In this document: positions 1 through 14,450 of the stretch, one piece after another | How the letters are laid out: each line of letters begins with the position of its first letter | Position numbering within the stretch: position 1 is the first letter of the stretch | Source: Octopus bimaculoides | Taxonomy: Eukaryota | NCBI RefSeq assembly: GCF_001194135.2 | Contig: NC_068982.1 | Location: 151,840,704 to 151,899,294 of the forward strand | Reading direction: 5' to 3' | Length of the DNA: 58,591 nucleotides | Position numbers and translations under genes: made by a program | The notes under the pieces: model-generated | The model's input: the letters and a program-made list of their open reading frames with translations, nothing else | Told to the model about the DNA's origin: nothing | Database searches by the model: none

Positions 1-349
1 AAACGGGCTGATTACTACCTAGCTCAGATACCAGGAAACCCCAAAATGGCTGAAGTCCAAAAGATAGTGCTCATGGGAACTGCCCATATCCTACGTAAAA
101 TACTGTCTATGTGATCTCAAATTTTAAAGCAAACATAATTTTCTTATGGTTTCTTAAACATTCACTTGAACAAAACTGTACAAATCCAAATATATGGTAC
201 CCTAGGCATAACACCTACATGAACTTCTAACTTGTTGTCTCTTGAGGTCTCTGGGTGAGACTTGGATCCAACTTGTACAAATGCAAAACAAAAGTCAAAC
301 ATAAAATAATAATAATAATAATAATAATTACAACAATAATAATAATAAT
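1..349 (+). mobile_element. 3' end of an R4/Dong-like RLE non-LTR retrotransposon (C-terminus, 3' UTR, (TAA)n tail)
   Basis: Frame 1 reads KRADYYLAQIPGNPKMAEVQKIVLMGTAHILRKILSM* (TGA 112-114), matching the 'QK.xLLGTAHILRK.L' C-terminal motif of R4-clade ORFs. A ~190-nt UTR follows, then (TAA)n at ~306-349. Confidence 0.75.
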
Positions 350-1275
350 TCTGTAGGTTGTGTAATAATCTTTTGCGTGTTCCTGTAATGAAACCTAGTT
401 AAATTGTTACTATGGAAATGAAATCTGTTCTGAGATATTGCGTTCTGCGTTTTTATATGCCACACGAGATTGATATCATAAATATTCCCTTTGCATTGCT
501 ACAGAGTATAAATATGCAATTACATTCCCTGTTTTGCCTGGTGTGAGTAAGTATGTGTGGGGGTGTATGTGTGTGTATGGAGAAGTGTATGTGCGTGTAA
601 TTATATGTCTATAACGAAAAATAGATCGTATTCGCTGATTCAGCTTTATAGTTTACTTTTGTCTGTCTTTGCTCATTTAACAAGAAGTTTCCTTGATATC
701 CGAATTCATTAAAAGGAAAAAGAAATTTAAGTTCTTTAGTCTTGATGGAATGGTTAATTTATTGACCAGATTCTTACAATTTGCATATTCATATTATATC
801 TATGTGAAGCACCTTCCCTTCTATTTTTGAATCCCTACATCAAAATAATATTTCCAGTATCTTTTAGCGACAGATATGGTAGATTACTTATATTTGCTGA
901 TTTATTTTCCCCGTCATATAGACCTCTGCCATGTTCGTGTCTAGAATAATGTTTATTCGTAATTTATCGAATCTCTTATGCATATGATTTTTTTATTGAT
1001 TTGTTGTTGATTTATCCAGATCAACCTTGATCGCATGTGTCTTTGGTTGTAAGGTATCAAATATGTATTAATTTTGATCATCAAATATGTATTAGTCTTG
1101 ATCATGTTTATTTTTTTCCTAGGCCAGTAGGGAACGATCAAGGAGACTGGAAATGGTATTTCTAGTAAGTCGGAAGACCTCCTTATTTCTGATATTTGTC
1201 CCTTGTTAATTTGTCTCATTCACAACGAGACGTACAACCAATGACTATTTTTAGGCTGTATCTGCTATATATGAT

Positions 1276-1483
1276 GTGCGAAATGGTGGAATCATTACCG
1301 CAACGAACAAAATGTTTAGTGGCATTTCTTCCAGCGCTTTACGTTCCAAGTCCAAATTCCGCCAAGGTCGATTTTGCTTTCCACCATTTCTAGGTCGATA
1401 ACATTAGCACCAATTGAGTTCGGGGGTCGATGTAATCAACAAGCCCCCTCCTCCCAAACATTCAAGCCTTGAGTCTCTAGCAG
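1276..1483 (+). mobile_element. tRNA-headed SINE family B, diverged copy
   Basis: Aligns by eye to the 53628-53820 copy (ccaaattccgccaaggtcgattttgctttc...ggggtcgatgtaatcaac). Confidence 0.7.
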
Positions 1484-2049
1484 AAATGCGTAAAATTTTC
1501 GTTCACATGCGTTATAAATTTAATTTCAAATAACAAATCAAAAGAAATCGATAGAATATAACCAACAACGTCATTTTTTAAAGTTGATAATGAACTAAAT
1601 GAGATAAGAAAAGATTTTTTGAAAATTAAAAGAATTTAGTCCACACTTTGAAATTGACTTATTTAAGAAACTTTTAAACTGAAGACACTTCCGGAACTAG
1701 TTTCCTTCTGCTTCCAACCATTTTATCTTACTCTCTTCGTTATCTTACTCTCTTCGTCATCCAATTCTTTCACTTACATTCGCTCAATTCAACTCACCAT
1801 AATAAATTTGTTAAATATTAAATATCTATTTATACATTTACCTGGTAATTGTATTTCTTGTTGTAGATAGTTTCATGTAGGATTTTAATTTGTATCTAGA
1901 ATTATTTTCGAAATTATCGTAATATTATGTTTTATATTTCAAAGAATTTCGATTTATGTATTTTTTTATTTTTCGTGGATTTCTTTTGTTAATTTCCGAT
2001 TCGATTTTTATTCCTCACATTCAGAAAGGATCTTAATGTATGCGCATCT

Positions 2050-2375
2050 TAGGAAATGGGAGAGTAGCTAAGAAATGTATACTGGTATACAGATCTAATG
2101 ATATTGTTGAAAGAGAAAGAAGAAGAGTGGGAGAGAAGTGATAATATGATGAATATGGGACAAAGTAAAGAAAAATAAGAAAGAGAAGGAAATAGTAACG
2201 AGGCCGTAAGAGAAGTATGTGGGGTCGTAAGATAGAACACAAAAGAAGTTAGAGGATGGCAGAGAAGTGGAGAAGTGAAGAAAAAGAGTTTATGCTTGAA
2301 GATATAAACACTGCAAGAAAACGAAAAATATAATAATGTAGACGATCACGAGAGAGAGAGAAGAGAAAAGCAGAA

Positions 2376-2420
<45 letters not shown>

Positions 2421-2500
2421 AGAAGGAAATAAGGAGGGAAAGAAAGGAAGAAGTAAAATAGAGGTAAAGAAATGTAGGTGAGTAGAAAGAGACAAGGAAT
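2050..2500. repeat. Purine-rich low-complexity tract including (GA)n
   Basis: Plus strand is strongly A/G-biased, with (AG)n at ~2379-2412. Confidence 0.8.
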
Positions 2501-2799
2501 AGTAATTATTTGATACTTTTGTAATGCAAAACCTTTCAATCGAGCTGTGCTGCCCTGTAAAAGGCATCGATGAATCGAATTACCAAACTGTTATAGTTAG
2601 GTTTGAACATTGTCATTATAGGATACGTGTCACTATCATCTGAGAAGGTGACTTAATTTAACGACTGAAGCTGTGTCAGAGGAAGCATAAAAGTGAAGTA
2701 ATAATTGAGATAAAGTAATCCAGATAAACAACTACAAATAGGAACGAGGCAAATGGGAATATTCCACAAGTGCCACCGCATATTCGCAGCTTTAAACGT

Positions 2800-3640
2800 A
2801 TACTGCATTCATAAATGCTAGTCTATATTCAAGAATGTTAATAAATGACAGTATATATATTCATAAAAAGCGGTGCTCACTGTGCTCACTGATAACTGAC
2901 AAATGTATATTCATAAAAATGGCAGTGTATATTCATAAATGTTTCTGCATATTTATAAATAACAATGTATATTCTTGAATAGATGTGTTTATTCACTAAT
3001 GAAGTGTGTACTCATATGACAGTGTATATTCGTAAACGACAGTGTATATTCATAAACAACAGCGTATATTCATAAGTTATGATATATTCAAAAGGATTGA
3101 TATATTCAAAAGGATTAATATATATTCATAAATGGAAGTGTACAATATTTAATTTACAGCTTGCTGTTATAAATGACAGTGGGTATTCATGAATGACAGT
3201 GGATACTAAAATGTTATAGTACCTATAAATAAAGGTGCTACATTTATAAATAGAAGTGTTTAGTTTTAATTTACTACGTACTTTTATAAATAATATTACT
3301 AAATATTATTGACTGTATATATTCATACTCATAATTGACGATTTATGTTCGTAAATGACGATGTGTATTCATAAATGCCTGTATATATTTTAATTGATAG
3401 CATATTATATTGTGTTGCTGAAATGTCAGTTTATATTTATAAATATATACATTAAATATAAATATATAAATTCATACATTCATATATATATTAAATGACT
3501 GCCTTTTCATGCCTTACGGTGTTATAATCATAAAGGTTTGTGCATTATCTGACATGTACTAATCATAAATAAAAGTGTATATTCTTGAATAGTAGTGTAT
3601 ATTCAAAAGTAGCAGTGTATTTTCATAAATGTTGATGTGC
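2800..3640. repeat. Degenerate ~20-bp minisatellite, approximate consensus ATGACAGTGTATATTCATAA
   Basis: Repeated units such as atgacagtgtatattcgtaa / acgacagtgtatattcataa / acaacagcgtatattcataa (3017-3076), with many diverged units on either side. Confidence 0.8.
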
Positions 3641-3927
3641 ACACATAACTGAAAGTGTTTATCATTCACCAATAGATATTGTCAGTGGCATAAAACTGAT
3701 CTTTATGCTTGTATACATGTATTTGTATGTATGCAAGTATATACGTATGTATGTTTCTGTATATCTTTATTTTTTTGGGGGGGGGATTTAGGAACTTTGT
3801 AGGACTTAAGTCACTAACAAAATGCAAATACATTTTGTAAGGATATGCGAATACGTGAATAAACTACTTTGAGCATGTGTGTGTGCGCGTACTTTCGTGT
3901 AAAATATATAATACAACACTACATACT

Positions 3928-3988
<61 letters not shown>

Positions 3989-4683
3989 AGGGGAAAGAGA
4001 GTGTATGTGTGTGTGTATGTGTGAGTGTGAGAGAGAGAGAGAGTGTGTGTGTGTGTTGATATGAATGTATTCCTTTTAGAATTTATTCAAGTACTTTTTC
4101 AAACCGATTACAAAATAGTAATAATATTTGTTTTCAGTCAATTTAGTACAGTTGTATATGCCGCATGCATATGCGATGTGTGCAAGTTCTCATTCCAAGA
4201 CACTCAAATGGAGAATTTGAGCAATATTTTTAAAATCTCCCCTGCATTACTAATCGATTGGATTTAAGGAATGTCTCAGCTTATTTGGGTCTTGAAAAAA
4301 ACTGCAGCGTCTTGAAGCTGTTGTACAATGCTTGCTTTTACATACATCAGCATACCTATAGCAAAACGTAAAAATTCAATCCCAGATCTGTAAGTTCCTC
4401 ATTAGTTCACCGTTGGTGATAATTTTTGTTTTCACAGTTTTAGTGGAGAGATTTGCATTCACTGTATAGCTGAACACTACTAAATTGCGTCACTTTTGTT
4501 CCCTGACCAATATAGTGCTGTCAGGATTGTTGCTGTTTTTTTATTGGAATTTTCTACTAGTATTCCTTACTTTTAATGGTGTGGATGCATTCTACTTCTT
4601 GTATGCTATTAGCATTCAAGAAAATCTTTTGTAATTGGTTTTGACAACTTTACATCTCATGGGTAAGATAGTACTTACAGACA

Positions 4684-4758
<75 letters not shown>

Positions 4759-4766
4759 AAATATAA

Positions 4767-4810
<44 letters not shown>

Positions 4811-7137
4811 ATTACGTGCTGTATCTGGAAAAGAAGCATCACCATTGGTCTGTGCTGAATCCAGAGCCTCTTGGTCCAAAAATATTGAAACCATTAATAT
4901 TCTCCATGAATTTTGGTAGATCAACTCTTGCGGCAGATGTACGAGCGGGGAAATAATTCAAGAGGTCGGACATTCTAGGAAGGAGATTGGCAGAATATAC
5001 AAAACTGTTGTGGGCTGGTACATTTTCTGGTCTTGAAGTGCCTGGCGTTGAGATGCAGTCCTAGCTACGTTAAAGATCGGTTATCGCCAAGAGACATCGT
5101 TAATGACAGTGGGACCCAACAGTTAGAACAATTCTGTGAGTTTAAGGTGTGTAGCTCATGATTAAGGCGGCTGTGGTATGATTTTGTCTACTTGGTATAA
5201 GTAGCGTTTGTGTCATCTTACCACTTAAATAAAAAGAACGGCATTTTTCTATTGGAGGATGCTTTTGAGGTTACAGTTCAGAAAACCTGTATAGGTTTGG
5301 TGTATGGTGTTTAGATTTGTGGATAATGGCACATTTGTAAGCACATCAGATCGGATTCTTCGCTCTGGCTCTTTGCGTTCTAAGTTCACATACTGTCATA
5401 GACTACACGGATGGTAGACCAACTTAACACAACATCTTATAAAGTGGGTGACTTTGCGGTGTCCACTGTATTATAAGCATTCAGGCTAGTTTCTGGCTTG
5501 AGGAAAACTTCCTCCCTCCCAGCCACCAGCCTCGGAGACTTTTGGCTACAGGATAAAGTATATCATTACTCCATCTATACACACATATAAAGAAGTCGAA
5601 TAAAGGAATACTTCATCGAATTTTCAGTGTCCTAAAGAAATTAAGTTAAAATTTCGACTCCAATGAAACTGGTGGTGTTCTGTGTCGTCTAAAGTTAATC
5701 TATAAAAGTTAGCAGAAGTAACAATGAATTGCCACTGGAAGTAAAAACATTTCTACGATTAAGATATTTATCCTTCTTTGAAGAAGACGTTTGTAGTTAA
5801 TAGCATGGGCATTTAAAATGTGATGAGAGCAAATTTTGGAGTGCAAAATTCTGATGAAACTCCGGATAAACTGAAAAAAAAACCCACCTTCAGTCTCAAA
5901 GTGCTATTTTGCGAAATTGTATGGCTAATCCAAGATCAAACTACTGTGGAGATGAACATCCGGGAGTTTCTATTTGTTTCTCTCAATACCAGTTGTGGGC
6001 GAAGAGGAAAATAAGAAAGATTACTAAATTAATCAACTCAGGCAATAAGCTGAACTCCAGTGGTATATTTACATAATAATGATGTCAAATAAAACGGAAG
6101 TACCTGATACGAAATTGACACTTGCTTGGCAGTATACACTGAATCTTTGTAAGAATTTTGGATTAGTAATCGAAATTTCTTTTCACTATTTTCCAGACAG
6201 TTTTATATATACATATGTGTGTGTATGTGTGTGCGTGTGTGTGCGTGTGTGCGTGTGTGTACGTGTGTGTGCGTATGTGAGTGTTTGTATACGTGTGTGT
6301 GTGTGTGTGTGTGCGTACTTATGTATAAATATAGGTATATAATGATGTATTACAAACAGAAAATACGGAATCGAAAATTATTTTGATATATTGCCAAATC
6401 TGGGTATTGGAGATGTTGAAGATTCAATAGAATTGCATCGATAAATCGTGTTGTAGGACGGCTGACAAGAAATCAACTTTGCCAGATATACGTGTGCATG
6501 TGTGCGTGTGCGTGTGTGTATGTGTGTTAGTGTGTGTGCGTGTGTTTTCGTGTGTGTGTGTGTGTGTGTTTGTGTGCGTGTGTAAGCGTGTGGATAGATA
6601 GACAAAGATACATATAACATGAAAACATACCTTGCATATGTACTCACATATATATATATATGCACGCACACATACAACCATACATAGAGTAGTGTATCCA
6701 AATTCGTTGCTTTGGTGTGGTTTTACGATGGCACTGTGCCGGAAAGTGGGAGATATGCCAAAATAAAAATATAGCATCAAAGTTAGGTTACATAAGGAAG
6801 GCATTGCTGTGTAATATGTTACTGTTCCCTTTAATGCTTAACTATTTTTTTTTACTAATTTTACGATTGTTGTGAAACGTGAGGAAAAGCTTTACGTAGG
6901 TAAAGTGCAATGTTTCAAAATATTTGATTTTCAAAAATATTTCTCACGAGGTAGATTTCTGTCTAGTTGCATTTCCTTCTCTTCTATTGCATACAACATA
7001 GTGCATTGCTTAGCTGTATTTTCTAATCCCTTCCACTAAACAAGAGAGCATTTCAATAAGATTTTCTTTCCTGGGATAATTGAAAAAAGGGATCCAGATT
7101 GTTTAATTTATATTGAAAAGTTGGAAAAATTTCCATG

Positions 7138-7440
7138 TTACTCTTTTACTTGTTTCAGTCATTTGACTGCGGCCATGCTGGAGCACCGCCTTTAGTCGAG
7201 CAAATCGACCACAGGAGTTATTCTGTGGCAGCCTAGTACTTATTCTATCGGTCTCTTTTGCCGAACCGCTAGGTTACGGGGACGTAAACACACCAGCATC
7301 GGTTGTCAAGCGATGTTGGGGGAACAAACACAGACACACAAACATAGACACACTCACATACACACACACACACACTGACACACACACNNNNNNNNNNNNN
7401 NNNNNNNNNNNNNNNNNNNNNNNNNNNNNNNNNNNNNNNN

Positions 7441-7476
<36 letters not shown>

Positions 7477-7644
7477 TTATATACGACGGGCTTCTTTCAG
7501 TTTCCGTCTACTACCAAATCCACTCACAATGCTTTGGTCGGCCCGAGGCTATAGTAGAAGACATTTGCCCAAGGTGCCACGCAGTGGGAATGAACCCGGA
7601 ACCATGTGGTTGGTAAGCAAGCTACTTACCACACAGCCACTCCT
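7138..7644 (-). mobile_element. tRNA-headed SINE family A, near full length, with internal (CA)n/(TA)n microsatellite and gap
   Basis: Minus strand starts aggagtggctgtgtggtaag (A box) ... ggttccgggttcattcccactgcgtggcaccttgggcaaatgtc (B box plus CORE-like segment) and ends ggcggtgctccagcatggccgcagtcaaatgactgaaacaagtaaaag. Other copies are in the window. Confidence 0.9.
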
Positions 7645-9384
7645 GTTAGGTATTTCCTGCAGATAGAGTGTAATTGTAGTATTTACACCTGGGATGGGCT
7701 GTTACCGCTTGAGAAATACTGAATTATAGCAAATATAATTTTATTATATCATTGTGTCTATAACTTGTGTGTTATTTTTGCTTAAAACCGAATGGACAAT
7801 TTACCCAACTTAATATATGAATATTTATATTTATTTTTGCTCAAATATTTGAAGTTCTCCATGAGAGCAACCAACACTCAAAAGAAATTCTAAACATTTT
7901 TCATAGAACATCAGTGCATCTCCCTGTATTTGTTATCTCAATGAAGCCGGTGAGGTAGTAGCAAAATTAAGGTGCGGGTTGGGACCAGGTTATTTTCCGT
8001 GTGCAGTTCTATTACCTTGCGTTTAGAGTTTGATTATCGTTCCACGTTCAATAAGTATACGATATCGAAGTCAGTTTGAAGGATTACATATACCCTTCTA
8101 TAATGTTGTAGCCTCGCTTATAACGGTAAGGAAGCATTTAGTTCTTCAAACACAATTGTTTTAACCTTACAAATACACAAATAGAAAAAAAGGCAATATC
8201 TGCTTATCATGTATAGTAAACGCTGCATAGTAAACAATGGTTTGTCTTAGAAAAGTGCTCATTTTATAATCTGAGTCACATATTTGACCTCTTAAATCTT
8301 TGTAAGACAATAAGATTGGTGAACTGCATGAAGTTTTTTTAGCACCAAGTCAAATCCGATCGAGCTGGCTTACAATCACAGTTGTTCAAGCAATGACTAT
8401 TCCGACTCTTCAAATATTTTATTAATGTTGATACTTAATAAATAGAATCACACGTTTTCCCCACTCAACGGACTCGGTTGTGTTAGTTCTATTAAATACG
8501 TATATTCTTTTTCTAATATTGGTTATTAATTGCGGCCATGCTGACGCCTCTCTATGGTATCATTTATATCTACATCGCCTCCGATATATGTATTGATTTC
8601 ATTTTGTCACCCTCGGAAAGATAAAAGCAATGTCGATCTGAGTTTGAACTGCATGTATTTTAAAGCGAAAAATCACTGGTATGCAACTGAAGCGTAATTT
8701 TATGTTACTATATTCATAACTACTTATTTTATCTACATTTAATTTCATTATTCGTGAAGAATACCTCCTATGATTGTTCAACACTCACACGAAAAAATAT
8801 CAAGTTCTAATTATTCACAGAAACCAAAGAAATTCAATATATGTGGCGTTCGCGTTAATAATGGCATCATTTTTTAGTCGATATTAAATGCACTGTCCCC
8901 TGATTCTTGGCAACACCTATACATTTGTGTGTGTGTTTGTGTGTTGTGTGTGTATGCGTGCGTGTATTATGAATATAGTTGATAGGCAATTATAATTTTA
9001 TGTATTTATCTATACATGAAAACAAGAAGTAGCTTTTCTTTTAGAAATGTTCTATAGAACCTTGCGACCTATTGCAAAATGCACAAGCAACACGCCAATA
9101 CAAATATCATTTCATTAAGATTGAAACAGAGATATTGCAATGTTAACGAACTTAAGAACGTTATTGTTCCAGAATAAACATAAAGCACTATATGATAAAT
9201 CCTTAATATAAAAAATTCACTTCAGTACAGTCATGTCTTCTATGCACAAACATACATGTATATATACACATACATGCATGCAGTCATACATGTATGTGCG
9301 CGCGTATGTGTGTGTCTGTGTGTCTGTGCATGCGTGCGTGCGTGCGTGCGTGCGTGTGTGTATGTGTGTCTGTGCATGCGTGTT

Positions 9385-9435
<51 letters not shown>

Positions 9436-10504
9436 ATTTGTCTGTGTGTGCGTGTGTGTCTGTCTGTGCATTTCGGACTAATTTTATCAACTCTGGAGTG
9501 GTTTCCTTATTTTTATGTGAGGCTACAATTTTGATTGGCTGTCTTATAAATGTCGATTTATTAATGCATTGCCTATTAATGTATTGCCTATGGTTAACAC
9601 CGTTTCATCTGCCAATTATTTGGTTGTTCTATTCTCACTGTTCGGCTTCCGTATAATATTCGAGTAGTCATATATTTAATGTTGTCTTTTTAACAGTTTC
9701 TCGCTATCAGTTTTTGTTGGCCAATTCGGTGTCGGTTGTTTTAAAACTAATTTTAGGAAAAAATAAGTTTCGTAATCTTACTTTTTCCTAAAAATGTTTA
9801 TATAATGCTTACAATTGGCGATTTAATATATGTCATGCATCTCGCTGTCGTTTACAAATTCTTATCCGTTTTTTTGTTTTTTTTTCTAATTTGCTTATTA
9901 GTTGAATTATCATCGACCAATTCAACTTTACTCTTTTCTGTGACTGTCGATTATATTAAAATATTCCTTTTCGCTAAACTTGTCATTCTGTCAACTTACT
10001 TTTGAAATCACAAGAAATGTTCTTCATATACTCTGGATGGAGTTGCTTGTTAGCCCATCCAGTGAATCAAGTTGTCTCCAAATTGCCATCGTTTCAGTTG
10101 GTAAACTTATTCGTTACATCGTTCTGTCAGTGTTGCCCTCTTCGTCCATCCACTATTATTTCTAATGTTGTTGCAGCATTCAGACCGATTAGAATGCATA
10201 CAAACACTTACCTTCACCTGAAAGAAACATGCTTACATACACAGATTAGATTCTATGCTTATTTCGCAATAAAGTAGGTACTAACACTCAGTCAGTCTCG
10301 TACACCAAATACCCTCTCACATTATCTATACTCTGAAACATGAACAGACACCGAATTATATATATGTACGCCGTCTTGTAAATAGATATCCATATAAATT
10401 TATGAAACTAAACTATACATGTTCACACACACATCAACAATTAATTATTTAATCTGTCCTGTCACCACTACGCACATACGTACGTACTGTATAGAATAAA
10501 TTTC

Positions 10505-10528
10505 GCATAACATCAGATAATACCCTTT

Positions 10529-10611
<83 letters not shown>

Positions 10612-10899
10612 TTGTCTCTCTCTCACTCCCATTCACTGCCATCTGTACTCGTATTTTTTTCCCTCCTACATTCTCTCCTTTGCCTTTCATTTACTCTCCT
10701 TTCTTTCTTTCTTTCTCCCCTTCTCTACATTCTTTTCACCATATCTTTATATCACCCACACGTAACTGCTTTCTTTCACTCAACTGTTTTTGTCATTCCG
10801 TCAATAAAAAAAAATCTGTTCCTTTTCATCTTTCTATTAACATGTATACGTAGTGTCACTCTAGCTATATGTCAACATCCTACATATATCTCTCTATTT

Positions 10900-10963
<64 letters not shown>
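10505..10963. repeat. Pyrimidine-rich tract with (CT)n arrays and (TA)n abutting a gap
   Basis: Direct reading: (CT)n at ~10528-10622 and ~10903-10935, (TA)n up to the gap 10964-11709. Confidence 0.85.
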
Positions 10964-12179
10964 NNNNNNNNNNNNNNNNNNNNNNNNNNNNNNNNNNNNN
11001 NNNNNNNNNNNNNNNNNNNNNNNNNNNNNNNNNNNNNNNNNNNNNNNNNNNNNNNNNNNNNNNNNNNNNNNNNNNNNNNNNNNNNNNNNNNNNNNNNNNN
11101 NNNNNNNNNNNNNNNNNNNNNNNNNNNNNNNNNNNNNNNNNNNNNNNNNNNNNNNNNNNNNNNNNNNNNNNNNNNNNNNNNNNNNNNNNNNNNNNNNNNN
11201 NNNNNNNNNNNNNNNNNNNNNNNNNNNNNNNNNNNNNNNNNNNNNNNNNNNNNNNNNNNNNNNNNNNNNNNNNNNNNNNNNNNNNNNNNNNNNNNNNNNN
11301 NNNNNNNNNNNNNNNNNNNNNNNNNNNNNNNNNNNNNNNNNNNNNNNNNNNNNNNNNNNNNNNNNNNNNNNNNNNNNNNNNNNNNNNNNNNNNNNNNNNN
11401 NNNNNNNNNNNNNNNNNNNNNNNNNNNNNNNNNNNNNNNNNNNNNNNNNNNNNNNNNNNNNNNNNNNNNNNNNNNNNNNNNNNNNNNNNNNNNNNNNNNN
11501 NNNNNNNNNNNNNNNNNNNNNNNNNNNNNNNNNNNNNNNNNNNNNNNNNNNNNNNNNNNNNNNNNNNNNNNNNNNNNNNNNNNNNNNNNNNNNNNNNNNN
11601 NNNNNNNNNNNNNNNNNNNNNNNNNNNNNNNNNNNNNNNNNNNNNNNNNNNNNNNNNNNNNNNNNNNNNNNNNNNNNNNNNNNNNNNNNNNNNNNNNNNN
11701 NNNNNNNNNTGTGTGTGTGTGTGTCTGTGTGTGTGTCTGTGTGTGTGTCTGTGTGTATATATTACGATAAAATATACATGGAAGAAAAACTTGTTATACA
11801 CAGTGGAGCATTATTAACCGGGACAATATAACGAAAGCTAATGAGTGCAATGGACGAGGTGGCAGCTGTAATCTTTTCCTTAACGATCTTTTCAGTGTAC
11901 ATACTAAATGTAAGAAATAAAATTTCCTATACTTACAACCACCATCCATACAAACTTCTCCAACTTACAAGTTTTCAAGCACAGCCCTGCCCCAAACGAA
12001 GCCCTCATTGAACTTGTGTAAATCTTCTCATCTCATCCGCAACACTTTTCCCAATCCTTATCCCATTCAACAAGCGCCTCGAACTGACAAAAAACAATAT
12101 TACTTTGCACGTTATAACACTACTCTGTCTTATAATGGTAATGTGTTGCCCACTTTCCCTAGCTGAATAACGAAACCCA

Positions 12180-13077
12180 TCAGGTATTTTGTTACCAAAA
12201 CGTTTTTACCTGATCTGGAGATTTTTTTATATCCAATAATGGAAACCACTTTTTTTTACATCACCTCTAGATTTTAAGATACCGAACCACCTCCACATTT
12301 CGCAATTTTTCTCATTTTTCAAAAAATGCATTGTTTACCTTTAAAATTCAAAACGAGCACTCATTACGATTTATATATTAATTTAAGAGTAATCCAATAT
12401 GCCTGAAAAAGAATGCTGATGTTTACTTCACAAGAAAAATGACCATATCCAAGAGAAATTAAATCCCAGAAAAGGGTTGGTCAATAGTCTATCATCCAAA
12501 ATGGGGTTTCTTTGATTCATTTTGTGTGCTTGTTTAAAATTCAGGATTCATTCACACTTATTGTTGTGCTCATAGGGAGATTTACGAGTGAATTCCTGTA
12601 CAAATCTTATTTGAAAGACCAGCAATTGTGAAGTTCAACAACCAGTAATCCCATTTATGGAAGTTGACAATCAATCAGTAATGAGTTGACATTCCAATAT
12701 TTAAATTTTCCTTTGGTATATAATGCAATTCTTGTATAATTCCCCTGTGTTTTGAAAAAACGCACCTGTGTAGGTGTACATTTGGTGCTCTGAGATATTC
12801 GAAAATAGTTTCAACTTTATTGAAGTTATGCTATAGTGTAAATGATGTTGGTTTGTGCCTTTAAGTTTTGTTGTGATGACCTTGCTGATTTGATTCATTG
12901 ACGTTAAACTTAAATTATTAAAACTTACGTTGAGTTACTCCTTTTAATTGCAATTTAACACTTCAATGAGAATTTGGAAAAATGACCCAAATTTCTTTTG
13001 TTACATTTGTGGTGGATACACTCTTTCAGAAGATCGGAAACCGATCTCCATTTTGTGAAGCAAGCTTACTTCGTCTA
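12180..13077 (+). mobile_element. Chapaev3-like (CMC superfamily) DNA transposon 5' fragment with transposase N-terminus
   Basis: 12966-13077 reads MRIWKNDPNFFCYICGGYTLSEDRKPIS/(frameshift)FVKQAYFVY, matching the recalled 'CxNxPxxFCYICGxYT...FVKxAYxxY' Chapaev3 start. The upstream boundary is a guess from subterminal-like sequence; I did not identify a TIR. Confidence 0.55.
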
Positions 13078-13084
13078 TCAAATT

Positions 13085-13620
13085 ACTCTCATGAACAGTG
13101 GAAAAAAGCCATTAATAGAATCAAACAGAAATTTCATTACCTTCGTTCGCTCAGGACAGCAGATCAGTTTCAAGAAGGAAAAACTTCCTGTGAGCGATGA
13201 AAAGTGGAAAGTTTATTGGGAGGTGGTTGAAGGTTTACCAGGGAACCAAGGATTCTTTCCCATCCCAGTTACAAAAAAAAAAACTGATACTATAATGCGA
13301 TGTGAAAGAAAGAAAGTGATGAATTTAGTCGAGTTAACGGTTCCTGGTGAAGAAAGCATGGACGCTACTCAGGCTCGAAGGACTGACCATTATGTAAACT
13401 CCCTCGAGGAATGTGAAGAAACAGGCTAGAAAGCGGGGCATTTTCCAATCGAATTCGGATGTAGAGGATTTGTTGGACACAGTATGAGGCGATTGTTAGG
13501 CCTAACTCATCGTAAAGTAAGAACGATATCCAAACTACAATGGAAAAGGATAACCACTTGCTTTGGTTAAAAAGAGACAATTAGCGAAGGTTAAAAGAAT
13601 ATTGAGTTGATCTAGCAAGT
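13085..13620 (+). mobile_element. HERO-like RLE non-LTR retrotransposon, endonuclease-domain fragment (decayed)
   Basis: Reads FITFVRSGQ...KW.VY...FFPIPVTKKKTDTIM...KVMNLVELTVPGEE...ARRTDHY...CEETG*KAGHFPIEFGCRGFVG, corresponding to the 'FVRxGE...RPDIVL...IELTVPWEE...K..KY...GW.A..PVEVGCRGF' pattern of HERO-type RLEs. Confidence 0.75.
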
Positions 13621-14289
13621 GAGAGGGGCCGGTGCGCAATGAGGCATTTTATCCTATGTGCTCATGATCCTGCCAGCTCGCTACCTTTACACAGCAGATA
13701 ATAAATATAATATTATTTTTCGATTTTAAGTTAGACATCTTGTTAAAAAAATAGTAATCAGATTGGGCCCACGTGCCTAATGTTAAGTTACAATAATTAT
13801 GCTTAAAAGAGTGGAAGGGAAAAGAGATTCAAGTAATTATTAATATTTATAAGGTGAAGTAAAGGAAATATTAGCTCAACGACTAATATCAATTTAATAT
13901 GTTCTTGGGAAGTACGGGCGACAATTGGGCATATCTAGGTCCTATAAGATCTATTCAGCAAAAAAATGTCTTTGCCAGATTAGTGACAAGGGAAAGCCGA
14001 TTCTTAGTAATGTCTCTTAGTCACTTGATAACAGTAGATCCATCGTTAGTAAATTTTACCAGTATTGTGTTTGATAGTTAGAGGGCTGTTACTATTTTAC
14101 TGTGTTTCCGACCGTATACCTTGGTTGAAGTATGTATCGCATATTTTTGTTGAGGCTGCTGTTTATCCCCAGTTATCTCGCCGGTGTGTACACATTTCAC
14201 CACTATGCAAACACCGGATACGCGCGCGCGCGCGCGCACACACACACACACACTCTGTCTCTCTCTCTCTTTCTCTCACACACACATAA

Positions 14290-14450
14290 CACACGACAAG
14301 CTTCCACGCGATTTCCGCCTCACAATATTTAAATCATGAAATCGATCAGCTCAGACTATGGTGAAAAACAACTTACATAACCAATGGGCAGTACAGTGGG
14401 ATTGAGCTCCGAATCAAAGCATTGAAAAGCGAGCTGCACCGTTTACTCAC
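14290..14450 (-). mobile_element. Old, diverged family-A-like SINE head fragment
   Basis: Weak similarity to the family A 5' half (gcagtacagtgggattgagctccgaatc ... aagcgagc). Confidence 0.4.

Noticed and set aside
4810-5560. GC-richer segment with a possible CxxC gag-like knuckle on the minus strand
   Set aside because: Motif is broken by stops and frameshifts; family cannot be supported.
5851-5880. CTGATGA...GAAA motif on the plus strand
   Set aside because: No stem II or stem III pairing.
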